DNA of 64,000 nt, taken from assembly GCF_032191835.1 (NCBI RefSeq), contig NC_083234.1:55304001-55368000 (forward strand), in the 5' to 3' direction. The notes beneath the pieces were generated by a model that did no database searches, had not been told where the DNA came from, and saw nothing but the letters and a program-made list of their open reading frames with translations. The number at the start of each line of letters is the position of its first letter. Position 1 is the first letter of the stretch. Shown here in pieces: positions 36,301-47,165 of this stretch. This stretch comes from Heteronotia binoei (Eukaryota). Position numbers and translations under genes: made by a program.

Positions 36301-39300
36301 CTTCCAAATCAAATCTATCTGTGATGTTATCATCGAGCCTGCGGGTTCGTCCTTCCAGAAAGACAAATAAGGAGACATCATGCCTCTCAACAGGGTCAAG
36401 ACATTTTGTTTTCTGAATTGTAAAAAGGTAAAGGTAGTCCCCTGTGCAAGTACCAGTCATTTCCAACTCTGGGGTGACGTCGCATCACAACGTTTTCATG
36501 GCAGACTTTTTACGGGGTGATTTGCCATTGCCTTCCTCAGTCATCTACACTTTCCCCCCAGCAAGCTGGGTACTCATTTTACTGACCTCGGAAGGATGAA
36601 AGGATGGGTCAACCTTGAACCAGCTACCTGAACCCAGCTTCCACCGGGATTGAACTCAGGTTGTGAGCAGATAATGCATATTTTAAATGTGGTGTTGCCA
36701 TCCTCCAGGTGGTGGCTGGAGATCTCCTAGGATTATAACTGATCTCAAGGTGATCTTTGAAAAGTGGAGTCTATGGCATTTTGCCTCATTGGATCCCTCC
36801 CCAAACCCCACCCTCCTCAGGCTCCACCCCTCCAGGTATTTCCCAACTCGGAGCTGGCAACCCTATTAAAAGCCAACCTGGGCTGAGGTCAGATGCACAT
36901 AAACTGACGAGATGGGCATGGATGAAAGCCAGATGCATGTCGGATTTTATGCGGCTGTCCAAACATCAGCATCTGGCAATGGTCCTTGGCTCGTTCATGT
37001 CCCGAACTGCCACGACTGAGACTGCGGACTTTTTTGATAGTATATTAAATCCGGAATAAGAATGCTTCTGATGACTCCCGCGCGTACTTTCTATGTTTGA
37101 ACGCTCCATTGTAGCTGACTCGTCACAAGCGCACATCCGCTTCCCTGCGAGAGCCCACTCCAAATGATATCATTGCGCCAGCAATTGTTGACTCAGCCTT
37201 CCAACCTTCCAAGGTTGGTAAAATATGTACCCAACTTGCTGGGGGGGGGAAGTATAGATGACTGGGGAAGGCAATGGCAAACCACCCCGTAAAAGGTCTG
37301 CCATGAAAACTTTGTGAAAGCGACTTTCCTAAATGGAAGGCAGATCGCCCACCTTTGCTGTCTCCTTGCCAGGGGAGGAAGATGACCCACCTTTGCTGTC
37401 TCCCCACCAGGCGGAGAGACAGCAAAGAGAGTTGCCGCGCTTCCCCCCCCCCCTCCATTTAAACACCACGGCGGGGTGTTTAAATGGGGGGGAGGAAGAT
37501 CACCCACCTTTGCTGTCTCCCCACCAGGCGGAGAGACAGCAGAGAGTTGCTGTGCTCCCCCCCCCCCATTTAAACACCATGTCGGGGTGTTTAAATGGGG
37601 GGGAGGAAGATCACCCACCTTTGCTGTCTCCCCGCCAGGCAGAGAGACAGCAAAGAGATCTTCTGGGCTTCCCCTTCCTTTCTGGGTGTTTAAATGGGGG
37701 GGGGGGGCAGATCGCCCACCTTTTCTGGCACCTTTTTTTAAAAAAAAAGCCAAGCACCATATCCCACGTACTGCGCTTGCGCGAGTGTGGAATGCCATCT
37801 CAAAAAATGAGGTCCAGTTGAGACCTCTGATCAACCAGCGACGGGACCAACACTGTTTAGAACTGAAGGATGGAGGGATGTCTGATCAGGAAATTCGTTG
37901 TAAAAAAGCTGCGGGGTATAATAGCGACGGGTTAGGGATGGATTTAATGGTGAGTGTGACCGCGGCCCTGGTGGGGTATAAGAGTGTGCAGCACAGTAAG
38001 CACTGCCCACTTTTGGTCACAGTGATCTAGGAACGCTTCCAAATTAAGGTTTTGTTCTTTCAGAGTTGCAAAACGTGCAGAGCTGCGACAGCAGCCTCCT
38101 CCAAAGGTAACAGTCAGTCTACCAGAGCAATGAATACACAGAGATCAATTTGAAGTTACCCACTTCCAGCAGCAAATGATCAGATAAGAAAGTAGTCGAT
38201 CATGAAAGGAATCATGAAAGGAAACAGCAGCAGCCTCCTCCGCAAATGCTTATCACAGGCTTCCAGAAGCCTTTAAATTATTTCATTTGTTCATTTCTCA
38301 TGGCACAGTAATCTAATCACATAGTTCTGAAGACTTAGGAGCACCTGTCTTTGGAAGAGGAGGCAAAGTTTTCTGTCAGTCCCCCCAGCTCTTCGCTGGA
38401 AGACCCGACTTTGCCCCCTATGCCATTCCTGAATGCCAGGAAAATATTCAGGGTGATCAATAGACTCCATCAGGAGGGAGAACAGGGAAAGTTCTATGAT
38501 ATCTGCCTATGATGTCTCTACTCTGTTCTGTTAAGTCTGCAGATCATTGGATGCGCACCAATATCTATCTTCACTCCTGTTCTTCCTGTACAGAGCTCAG
38601 AGCAGCACAGACAGCTTGTGTGGTGCCTCGCTTTCATGCACATGTGCTCTTGTGCACTGGTTAAACATCCTCACAAACAGAACCCTGAGACAAGCATGCA
38701 CACATGATCACTACGCACTAGCACATCAGGGACATCAAAGAAGGAAAAGCAGACAACTGTAGACAGAAAACTGCGCAAGAATATTCTGTGCAAAACCAAG
38801 AGTTAAAAAAATATATAAAACCACGGAGGACTCAATTTTGAAAAGAAAAGTGGGGAATTTGGTACTCTGCAGGTAAGCAAGCAACTGAGCAATGCACAGG
38901 CCAATTCCGACGGAGTTCCCACCATAAATCTTCACAGCAACCCCTTTGAACGACTGATAGTAGACGATGGCGTAGGTGCTGTAATCAGTTTCCGAAACAA
39001 AGACATGCATCGGGGGGTTGCTACCTGGTTAAAAAACAAAAAACACCAACCACATGAGGACCAACCAAAGCACCACAAAGTGTGCAAACTTTCAGGATCA
39101 ACAGAACTCATCCCCAGGGTGGATGTTAAAGAAGCCTTCTCCACCCACACCCATTGCATCAGGCATACAATCTAATGGGGCATGCTATAACAGAATTTAG
39201 AAGCCTGCTCTGGAACAGAAGAACAAGACCTGCTGAATCAGGCCAAGGTAGATCCACCTAGCCCAGCATGAGCATCCTGTTTCTCACAGCCGCCAGCCAA

Positions 39301-42300
39301 ATGGTCCCATAGGTCCATGACAGGGCAAAGCTGCCCACTCTACAAGGAGATCCCATTCAGCCCTCTTGGCCTACAGCCATTGGTAGAACCACCCTCATCT
39401 GATCTCTTTATAAAGGGATCCAAGCTTGCAATCATGAAGAAATGCCAGTTCAGTTGCTAGATGGGGGTCATCAAAGAGTTGCTTCATGCTAACAGATAAA
39501 GCCCTGATGCTCCTCAGTGGCTGGACAGGAAGAATTTCAAAAGAGGGACAGAGGTAGCGGGTACAATACAGCAAGCCTCAAAGCAAGAGCCTGAAGGGCC
39601 TGGTCCAGCTCTCAGCTCATCCGCAGACTCACCAGGTAGCTCTAGGCAAGCCACTGGCCTCACAGCCCCGCAATGGGAAGATAGCTAAACCAGCCAACCT
39701 TGCAGGGCTGCCTATAATACAACTAACAATTTGAGCACTTGGAAAACACTCTGTGCAAATGCTCACTGTAGCCATAAAGACAGTGCAGGGGGCACAGTCA
39801 ATCTCGTCAGATCTCAGAAGCTAAGCAGGGCTGACATTGGCTGGAAGGGAGACCTCCAAGAAATACCAGGGCTCAGGATGCAGAGGTAGGCAATCAAGCA
39901 AGCCACCTCTTTGGAAAACATACTAGCCCCAGTAGGGGTTACCAGAATTCACTATGACTTCCAGGCATGCAAGCACACATACACACGCATGCGCACCACA
40001 CAAAGCACAGTGGGAGAAAGAAAACTTCCACAGCAGCTGGGTTTTGTGTTTTGTGGAAAATGAAGGGCAGGAGGTCCCTTTCTTAGTCCTTCCAGAGTTT
40101 TTGGCTGGAAAAAGCAAGGCGCACTGCTGGATGCATCCAGCTAGACTAGCATTTTGTTTCTTGCAGTGGCCAACCAGATGCCCCTTAAGGCCCACAAGCT
40201 AGGGATGCCAGCCTCCAAGTGGGGCCTGGGGAATCCCTCAGAATTACAGCTCCTCTCCAGACTACAGACATCAAGTTTCTCTGGAGAAAATGGATGATTT
40301 GGAGGGTGGACTGTATGCCATTGTACCCCACTGAGGTCCCTGCCTCCCCAGGCTCCATCCCCAAAACTCCTGAAGTTTCCCAACTTAGATCTGGCAACAC
40401 TTCCCCTCACCCACCCACCCACCATCCATGGCCAGGGAGGGAACAACAAGCAGAGACACAGAGGACAAAGCCTTCCCCCACCCCCGCATCCCTACAACCA
40501 GCAGTCAGAAAGACTGTTCCTCTGACCAAAGCCTTGCTCTTCTCCAACACACCTTTCAAGAGGAATTTCCCTGGAGCATTGGTAGGAAGGTAGATCTGCT
40601 TGATATTCCAACAGAACATTTGCCTGCAGAGAGAAGGGATAAGACAAATACACCCATTCCACCAGCTGCTCAGAGCCAAGTTGGCTCCTGTTACACATGC
40701 CCCATCTAGGGATGGCCACTTTCAAAAGATGTGCCCAGAAAGCACAATTAGAAACAAGTTGCATGCATGCATCGTACAAGGCAGTATTTCCCATGGTCAG
40801 TGGGGCAAAAAGGAAGGTTTCATGCATTGTGTGACTTTTGGAACTCTCTGCTGCAGGATGTGGATGGAAATGAGTTAGCCAGATTCAAGACAGGGGCTAA
40901 ACTTCGTTGAGGAGAACATCAGAAGGAGGGCAGGAGACAGCTGGGTGCTTTGCCATGGTGCCTGGATCGAGGTCTCCAATTTCCCAGATGGCCATCAGAC
41001 AGAAGACAGCTGAGAATCCCTACCCCAAGAAACATTTCATTTCATTTAGTTTATATCCCGCCCTTCCCACCAAAGCGGCTCAGGGCGGCTCACAACACAA
41101 AAGTGCTAACATAGGATTAAGTTTTAAAATACATCAATTTACAACATTTAAACAATAATGTATTTGTGTTTAGTTGTGATTCCTGGGAGCCATTTTGGAA
41201 GCCACCCTTGAATGAAAAATGGGACAACAGTCAAATAAAGTGCTTTACTAGGCTTTGTGAGCTTATGAAGCTTTTCTCCACTGAAAGAAACCTGTGCTTG
41301 TTACATTTGTCAACTCTTCTAAGTGGCTTGGAACATGAAAATTGTGAACTACTACTAACCCCTCCGTGAGGAAGGTAACCGAAATTAGCTACCCAGCTAG
41401 CAAGTTTTGTCAGAGGTGGGCTGTCCAATCACTGATTATAATTTTGGCACTTAGGGACACTGAATGACTTAGAGGCATTTTGCACAAGCACTTTCTTAAA
41501 CGAGATTATATTGAACAGCATTGTATTGAGAGACTTACCATACTGAATAGCATCGCATTGGGAGACTTGTATTGACATTCTACAAATGTAGAATTTGTAG
41601 TCACTGTGCACTTTGAAGTAAATAAGTTTTGTTTTATGTTTTAGCTGCTCAGTCTTCTAGTTTTCAAACACACTAAGTGGGATCACAATGATTGAAATGC
41701 TGGGGTGGATTGGAATTTCAATTTATCATCTTGCACGCTTACCTTTGAACATATTGAACTGAATTGCTTAAAAATATACATGTGTAACTGTTGGTATTAG
41801 CAATTTTTCTCACGGTTTTGCTTGGTTGTATTAGGCTTACCAGCCAAAGCTGACAGAAAATACTCCTGACCACCACTGCCACCTATTTATCCAACAGAGT
41901 TCCCACAGAGTTCCCACAAGTAAGGCCACATGAGAATTGCACCAGCTGCACTCTAAGCTACATACTCACTCTTCTAGGGCAATGCCAACCAGAACAGGAG
42001 AAATGTCCTCCACCTCCAGAATCTACCCCAGTATTTCGATCATTATGATCCCACCCAGTGTGCTTGAAATCTAGAAGGCTGAGCAGCTAAAACATAAAAC
42101 AATACTTATTTATTGCAAAGAGCACATTGACTACAAATTAAAAACATTTGTAGAATGTCAGTAAAAACAAAGAGGTAGTGGGTGTCACATCATATCCATG
42201 CATACAGCAACAAATATAAGTTACACTTACAATAACCGCAAGACCAAAATATTGGTTACGCATACAATAACCGTTAGATCAAGTACATTTTGGCCCAGAC

Positions 42301-45300
42301 AACCTTCTTCAGTGATCTAAATAATAACAAGGTCTATGGTGACATCCCAATGATGATGAATTGATACCACTTTGGTTTGGACACTCCCAGGGAATGAGAA
42401 GAAAGGATGGCATCGCCAAGAAGAGATTTGGAACAACCCCGGGGGGCCAACCAGAAGTCCATTCCTTCACAAGCTTGATTCCTGGGCCAGTCTCTTCCAC
42501 CACTGGTTCAAGATTTCCCCACCTTCCCTGGGATTCACAGGAGATACAATATAGAGTATCATTCACATATTAATGACAACCCAGCCCAAATCTCTGGATA
42601 ATCTCACCCAGCCGTTTCATGTAGATGTTAAAATGCAGGGGGAACAAGATGGAAGTTTGCAGGATCCAGAAGTCACCATATATTCAAGCAAGCAAGCTCA
42701 TACATGCACACAAAAAATACTCATACACCCCCCTCCAAAATGAATGACAACCCAGCCCAAATCTTTGGATAATCTCACCCAGCCGTTTCATGTAGATGTT
42801 AAAATGCAGGGGGAACAAGATGGAAGTTTACAGGATTCAGAAGTCACCATATATTCAAGCAAGCAAGCTCATACATGCACACAAAAAATACTCACCCCCC
42901 CCCCCAAAAAAAAAACTTTGGGCCAGTCACAACCTAACTTGACCTAACTCTGTCTCTCTCAGCCTGACCTGCAGTCTGCTACTCAATGGAAGAAAGCAAG
43001 ATAAAAGTTGGCTAGCAAGACAAACAGAGTAAGGCTTCTTTCTGCACATCAGGGATTCAGCACATTGAGATAGCGGATAGGAGACCAGCACTGGTCCTTT
43101 CTCTTTTTTTGCAAATTGATTTCCAGCTTATACGCAGGCAATCTGTACATGCACATGTACTGAAGGAAACACAGGAATGAATGGCCAGTCTCAAGGCAAA
43201 GGCCAGCAGACAGCCAAACCCAAAGCACTAGCCAGGTGCAGGTGATCACACCCTGAATACTCACATGGGGTAGTAGGTGTCAACCAACAGGGAGCCCTGA
43301 GGGGTTGTTTGGTTGACGGATACTACTATGCTCACTCCATCCGATTTACGGTAGCTTTCGCTCAGTTCAGCACAAGTGGCAGCTATTGCAATAAGGTGCC
43401 ATTTCCCAGCAAACTAAACAAAAGAGACACAATTAACAATGAGCAACATACAAAACTGTCTTTTACCAGTTCAGAGCCCTGAGCCCTCTCTAGTCCAATC
43501 TCACCTCAGCTGACTGGCAACCACTCAGTCTTAGACAGAGAATGGGGAGGGACGGTGGCTCAGTGGTAGAGCATCTGCTTGGGAAGCAGAAGGTCCCAGG
43601 TTCAATCCCTGGCATCTCCAAAAAAAGGGTCCAGGCAAATAGGTGTGAAAAACCTCAGCTTGAGACCCTGGAGAGCCGCTGCCAGTCTGAGAAGACAATA
43701 CTGACTTTGATGGACCAAAGGTCTGATTCAGTATAAGGCAGCTTCATATGTTCAATGATGCTTTCCAGTAGCTGCTATCTGAGATCCTTTTCAGTCTCAT
43801 ATTCGCAAAAATTCAAATATTTTAATGTGCTTTTAAAAAAAAATCAGACCACAGTTCAAATTGCAAATGGGCAAATTAAGTAGAACAAAGTTGGAGTCCA
43901 GTGGCACCTTTAAGACCAACAAAGTTTTATTCAAGGTATAAGTTGTCATGTGCACACACACTTTAGATACAGATGCATCTGTATACTGAGGAATTATGCA
44001 TGCACAGGAAAGCTTATACCGTGAATAAAACTTTGTTGGTCTCAAAGGTGCCATTGGATTCCAACTTTGTTCTGCTGCTTCAGACCAACACAGCTGGTGC
44101 CCACCTGGGAAAATTAAGTATTGCAGATGGATACAGAAGCCAGCAGAACACCAAGGTTAATATTTTACTTACAAAATTTGTATCCTGTCTTTCTGCCCCA
44201 TATGTTCAAGAGATGAGAATACACTCACCAGATGAACTTGTTCATATCAAATCAGGGCTTTTTTTGTAGCAGGAACTCCTTTGCATATTAGGCCACACAC
44301 CCCTGATGTAGCCAATTCTCCTAGAGCTTTCAGTAGTTCCTGTACTAAGAGCCCTCTAAGCTCCAGAAGGATTGACTACATCAGGGGGGTGTGGCCTAAT
44401 ATGCAAAGGAGTTCCTGCTATTAAAAAAAATCCCTGTAAAATTAATTTAGATCCTTCGTGTATGTCTTCAGAAAAATGTAACTGTCATAACCATTCATGA
44501 AACGCTACTGTTTGGGGCAAAAACAATTAAAAATAGTAAAATATCAAAGGGGATTGAGGACTAAGATTGTCTTTGGGTTGAGCCAGTTAGGGATGGGAGA
44601 CCTTCTCCTCAAGAACACCCCTCCCTACTCACTGTGGCATGCCACGTGCAGTTCCATTAGGGGGGAAAGTGGAATAGAAATGTAACACTGAGATTGTTCA
44701 AAACCAGTCCCAAAAAGCTTTAGTGACTAGTGTCAGTGATCACCCTAGGCTTACCAATCCCCAGTTGGGGACAGGGGTCTTCCAGTTCGGAAGCCCTCCC
44801 CCGCTTCAGGGTCATCAGAAAGCAGGGGAAGGTATGGGATTACAAATGGAAAAATTTCCAAAAGAAGATAGAACTTTAATCTGGTACTTGCTCTCAGCTG
44901 CTAGAACGTTGTATGTGCAGTTGTGGAAGCAAGAAAAAATACCAGAAAAATGGGATTGGATTATAAAAGTCATGTCATGGAGTGAAATGGACAAATTAAC
45001 AAGAATATTAAGAGACTATGATTTAGAAGTTTTGAAGATGGAGTGGAAGAAGTTCAGAAGATACGTAGAAAAAGAGTGGGAAATAAGAAGACATTGGACA
45101 ATCTTTGATAATGATTAAGGTTTTTTTAAAACAAGAATATAACTTTTGTTTTTTTAATAGTTAAGGGTACCTTTAATATTTGTTTTTCTTTAAGTAAACA
45201 ACACTGGGGGGGTCAAGTAACGGGGGGAGGGGTGGGGGGGAAAGTAAGATATGGGGTAGATAAATCTTTCCTTTTTTAAAGTTGTAAGATATAGATATAG

Positions 45301-47165
45301 ATTTGCTACCATATGTTACCAATAAAATTGTTTTAACCAGAAAGCAGGGGAAGGTGCAGAGAAGGGAGGGAAATGTCTTCTGGACACTCCATTATTTCCT
45401 AGGGAGACTGATTCCCATAGGGTATATGGAGAATTGATCCACAGATATCTGGTGCTCTGGGGGGCTGTTTTTAGGGAAGAAGACGACTGCAGTTTTATAC
45501 CCTGCCCTTCTCTGAATCAAATTGCGCCTTACAATCTTCTATATCTTCTCCCCCCACAACAGACACCCTGTGAGGTGGGTGGGGCTGAGAGAGCTCTCAC
45601 AGCAGCTGCCCTTTCAAGGACAACTCCTGCGAGAGCTATGGTTGACCCAAGGCCATTCCAGCAGGTGCAAGTGGAGGAGTGGGGAATCAAACCCAGTTTT
45701 CCCAGATAAGAGTCCGCACACTTAAACACTACACCAAACTGGCTCCAAATTTCCAGTATAGCATCTGGTGCCTCTCCTCAAATCACCTCCCATATTTCAA
45801 AAAGACTGGACCAGGGGGTTCAATTCTATGAGTCCCAAAAGAAGGTGCCCCTATCCTTCATTATTTCCAGTGGAGGGAAGACATTTAAAAGGTGTGCAGT
45901 TCCTTTAACTGTGACAGCCAGAACTTCCTTTGGAGTTCAATCACGCTTGTCACAACCTTGCTCCTGGTTCCACCCCCAAAGTCCTCAGGTATTTCCTGAG
46001 TCAGACCTGGCAACCTTAGACCACTCTTAGTTTATGGAAATAAAAAACTCATTTTTAAAAATGAGATGTGAGTTTCAAACTGGAAGAAAAAAAAATAGTA
46101 ATGGTGCCCTGTCAGGCAAGACGACTCTCAATGCAAACATTTCACGATAAAAAGAGGAGCAGACGATGTGGCAACCTGGCTTCATCTCCTGCCTCCCGTG
46201 ACATCTGGATCCCTGTCAGAGGCTGAACTCGGCACTGAGGCTGCCTTTGTCAGTGGCTTGGCAGGGAGGCCCTTGCCAAGTGAAGGAGAGAGAAGGAAAT
46301 GTGAACCAGGAGGCTGTAATAAACACCACCGTGTGAGGGAATAAAAATTATGGGTTCACAGCCCAGGTGAGCTCCCTGATTGGAGGTTTTCCCACAACCT
46401 TCTGCTCCACAAAGCATTCTGAAGTTTATACAAATAAGCATTCTGAAGTTTATATAAATAAGGAATCGTTAATGGAAAAGAATGGAATGACTTAATTGGA
46501 GCCAGAAAACCATTTCCAGGGGAGAGGGGGGATATTATATTTTAAGATATGAAAATCCATTGCTGGAGAATGTTACTCCATAGCAAAATGTTTCTGAATA
46601 TGCTGTGGCATTACAGCAATTCATCAATGACTGCAAAAGCATGGCTTGCATGAAAGAGGCAGTTTGTAAGAGAGCATTTTTTTTTGTTTCTAAAAATAAA
46701 GCTTTCCTTTTTCTTCCCATGTGAGAACAAAGGTGGATTTTGCTTAGGATTGCCAGACTCCAGGTGGGAGTCGGGGGATCCCCCAGAATTACAACTCATC
46801 TCCAGAGTACAGCGATCAGTTTCCCTGGAAAAAATGGATGCTTTGGGAGGGTGGACTCCATGGCATTGTAGCCCACTGAGGTCCCTCTCCTCCCCAGCCT
46901 CCAGCCTCAATCTCCAGGAATTTCCCAACTTCGATCTGGCAACACTACCCCCCGGAAGAGACGGACACTGGTGGTCAGGGGGGACCTGGCAGTCCGACAG
47001 CCTACAACACACATCCCAAAGCCTCCTGTCCTACATTCTCACCTGGCTGGCGTTGAAGCCTGGCTGAGTATAGCTGTCAGTAATGGGCATAAACCAACCC
47101 CGGGCATCGGTGGGAGATGCAAGCAGCAGCCCAGAGACGGTGAGGAGGAATACTGTAGGTGACAT
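33394..47165 (-). CDS. C8G: Complement C8 gamma chain (lipocalin), divergent, complete, 7 coding exons, 204 aa
   Basis: Exons on minus: 47165-47043, 43413-43265, 40623-40553, 39024-38923, 36351-36247, 34352-34314, 33419-33394 (615 bp, GT-AG, no frameshift). Protein: MSPTVFLLTVSGLLLASPTDARGWFMPITDSYTQPGFNASQFAGKWHLIAIAATCAELSESYRKSDGVSIVVSVNQTTPQGSLLVDTYYPMQMFCWNIKQIYLPTNAPGKFLLKGSNPPMHVFVSETDYSTYAIVYYQSFKGVAVKIYGRTRRLDDNITDRFDLEARDLGLRGPNEVYYWHRYGFCQSAFRFRTLDETDLLDES*. It has the C8G-type 7-exon layout, the CW and YGFC motifs and three Cys, and lies head-to-head with FBXW5 as in human. Confidence 0.88.
35340..35914. mobile_element. CAGGGCTTTT MITE with a TAGGG hAT MITE (35478-35855) nested inside
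   Basis: The inner element has TAGGG...CCCTA ends and TSD gctagatc / gctacatc, and it splits the outer palindrome. Confidence 0.85.
36421..36670 (-). mobile_element. Sauria SINE
   Basis: Reverse complement of the 28941 family with an (ACCTTT) tail; a partial plus-strand copy lies at 37187-37310. Confidence 0.88.
37341..37722. repeat. Tandem array of about 115-bp units, each made of two hairpins
   Basis: Units start near 37377, 37494 and 37605; hairpins tttgctgtctc...gagacagcaaa and ccccatttaaacacc...ggtgtttaaatgggg. Confidence 0.9.
39795..39915 (+). mobile_element. 5S rRNA-derived SINE
   Basis: atctcgtcagatctcagaagctaagcaggg...gggagacc followed by a Sauria-like ggcaat segment. Confidence 0.7.
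41573..42160. repeat. Inverted repeat with about 126-bp arms (Penelope-like remnant?)
   Basis: 41573-41698 is the imperfect reverse complement of 42033-42160. Confidence 0.8.
42572..42910 (+). repeat. 171-bp tandem duplication in C8G intron 2
   Basis: aatgacaacccagcccaaatc starts at 42572 and 42743; three substitutions in the first about 150 bp. Confidence 0.92.
43546..43752 (+). mobile_element. tRNA-derived SINE
   Basis: A box TGGCTCAGTGG, B box GGTTCAATCC, and a CR1-like 3' tail tcagtataaggcagcttcatatgttc. Minus-strand relatives at about 9820-9990, 32710-32910, 53870-54045, 55420-55550 and 62640-62990. Confidence 0.85.
43882..44107. mobile_element. Penelope-like element remnant with inverted terminal segments
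   Basis: 43882-43942 and 44011-44073 are inverted; the motif gaataaaactttgttggtct.aaaggtg recurs at 52508-52590 and on the minus strand near 28695-28745. Class assignment is from memory. Confidence 0.6.
44833..45337 (+). mobile_element. 5'-truncated L1/Tx1-type LINE 3' end
   Basis: LLSAARTLYVQLWKQEKIP...WSEMDKLT...WKKF motif, AATAAA at 45321, and a perfect 17-bp TSD cagaaagcaggggaagg (44816-44832, 45338-45354). Confidence 0.88.
45475..45745 (-). mobile_element. tRNA-derived SINE (Squam2-like)
   Basis: Same family as 9493-9786. Confidence 0.85.

Larger units (their letters stand above)
44746..46018. mobile_element. TAGGC/TAGGG hAT MITE carrying nested L1 and SINE insertions
   Basis: Same family as 29462-31233 in the opposite orientation; TSD gatcaccc / gaccactc (6/8). 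Confidence 0.75.

Noticed and set aside
37193-38030. 213, 184 and 162 aa ORFs
   Set aside because: They are translations of the hairpin minisatellite in several frames; no domain or splice context.
43049-43264. Signal-peptide-like ORF MSIQGVITCTWLVLWVWLSAG...
   Set aside because: It begins at the GTG of the C8G exon 2 donor and is intronic; the real signal exon is 47165-47043.
43546-43620. tRNA-like sequences with A and B boxes (also 28941, 9700-9786, 45660-45745)
   Set aside because: They continue into SINE bodies and tails and lack a convincing cloverleaf, so they are not tRNA genes.
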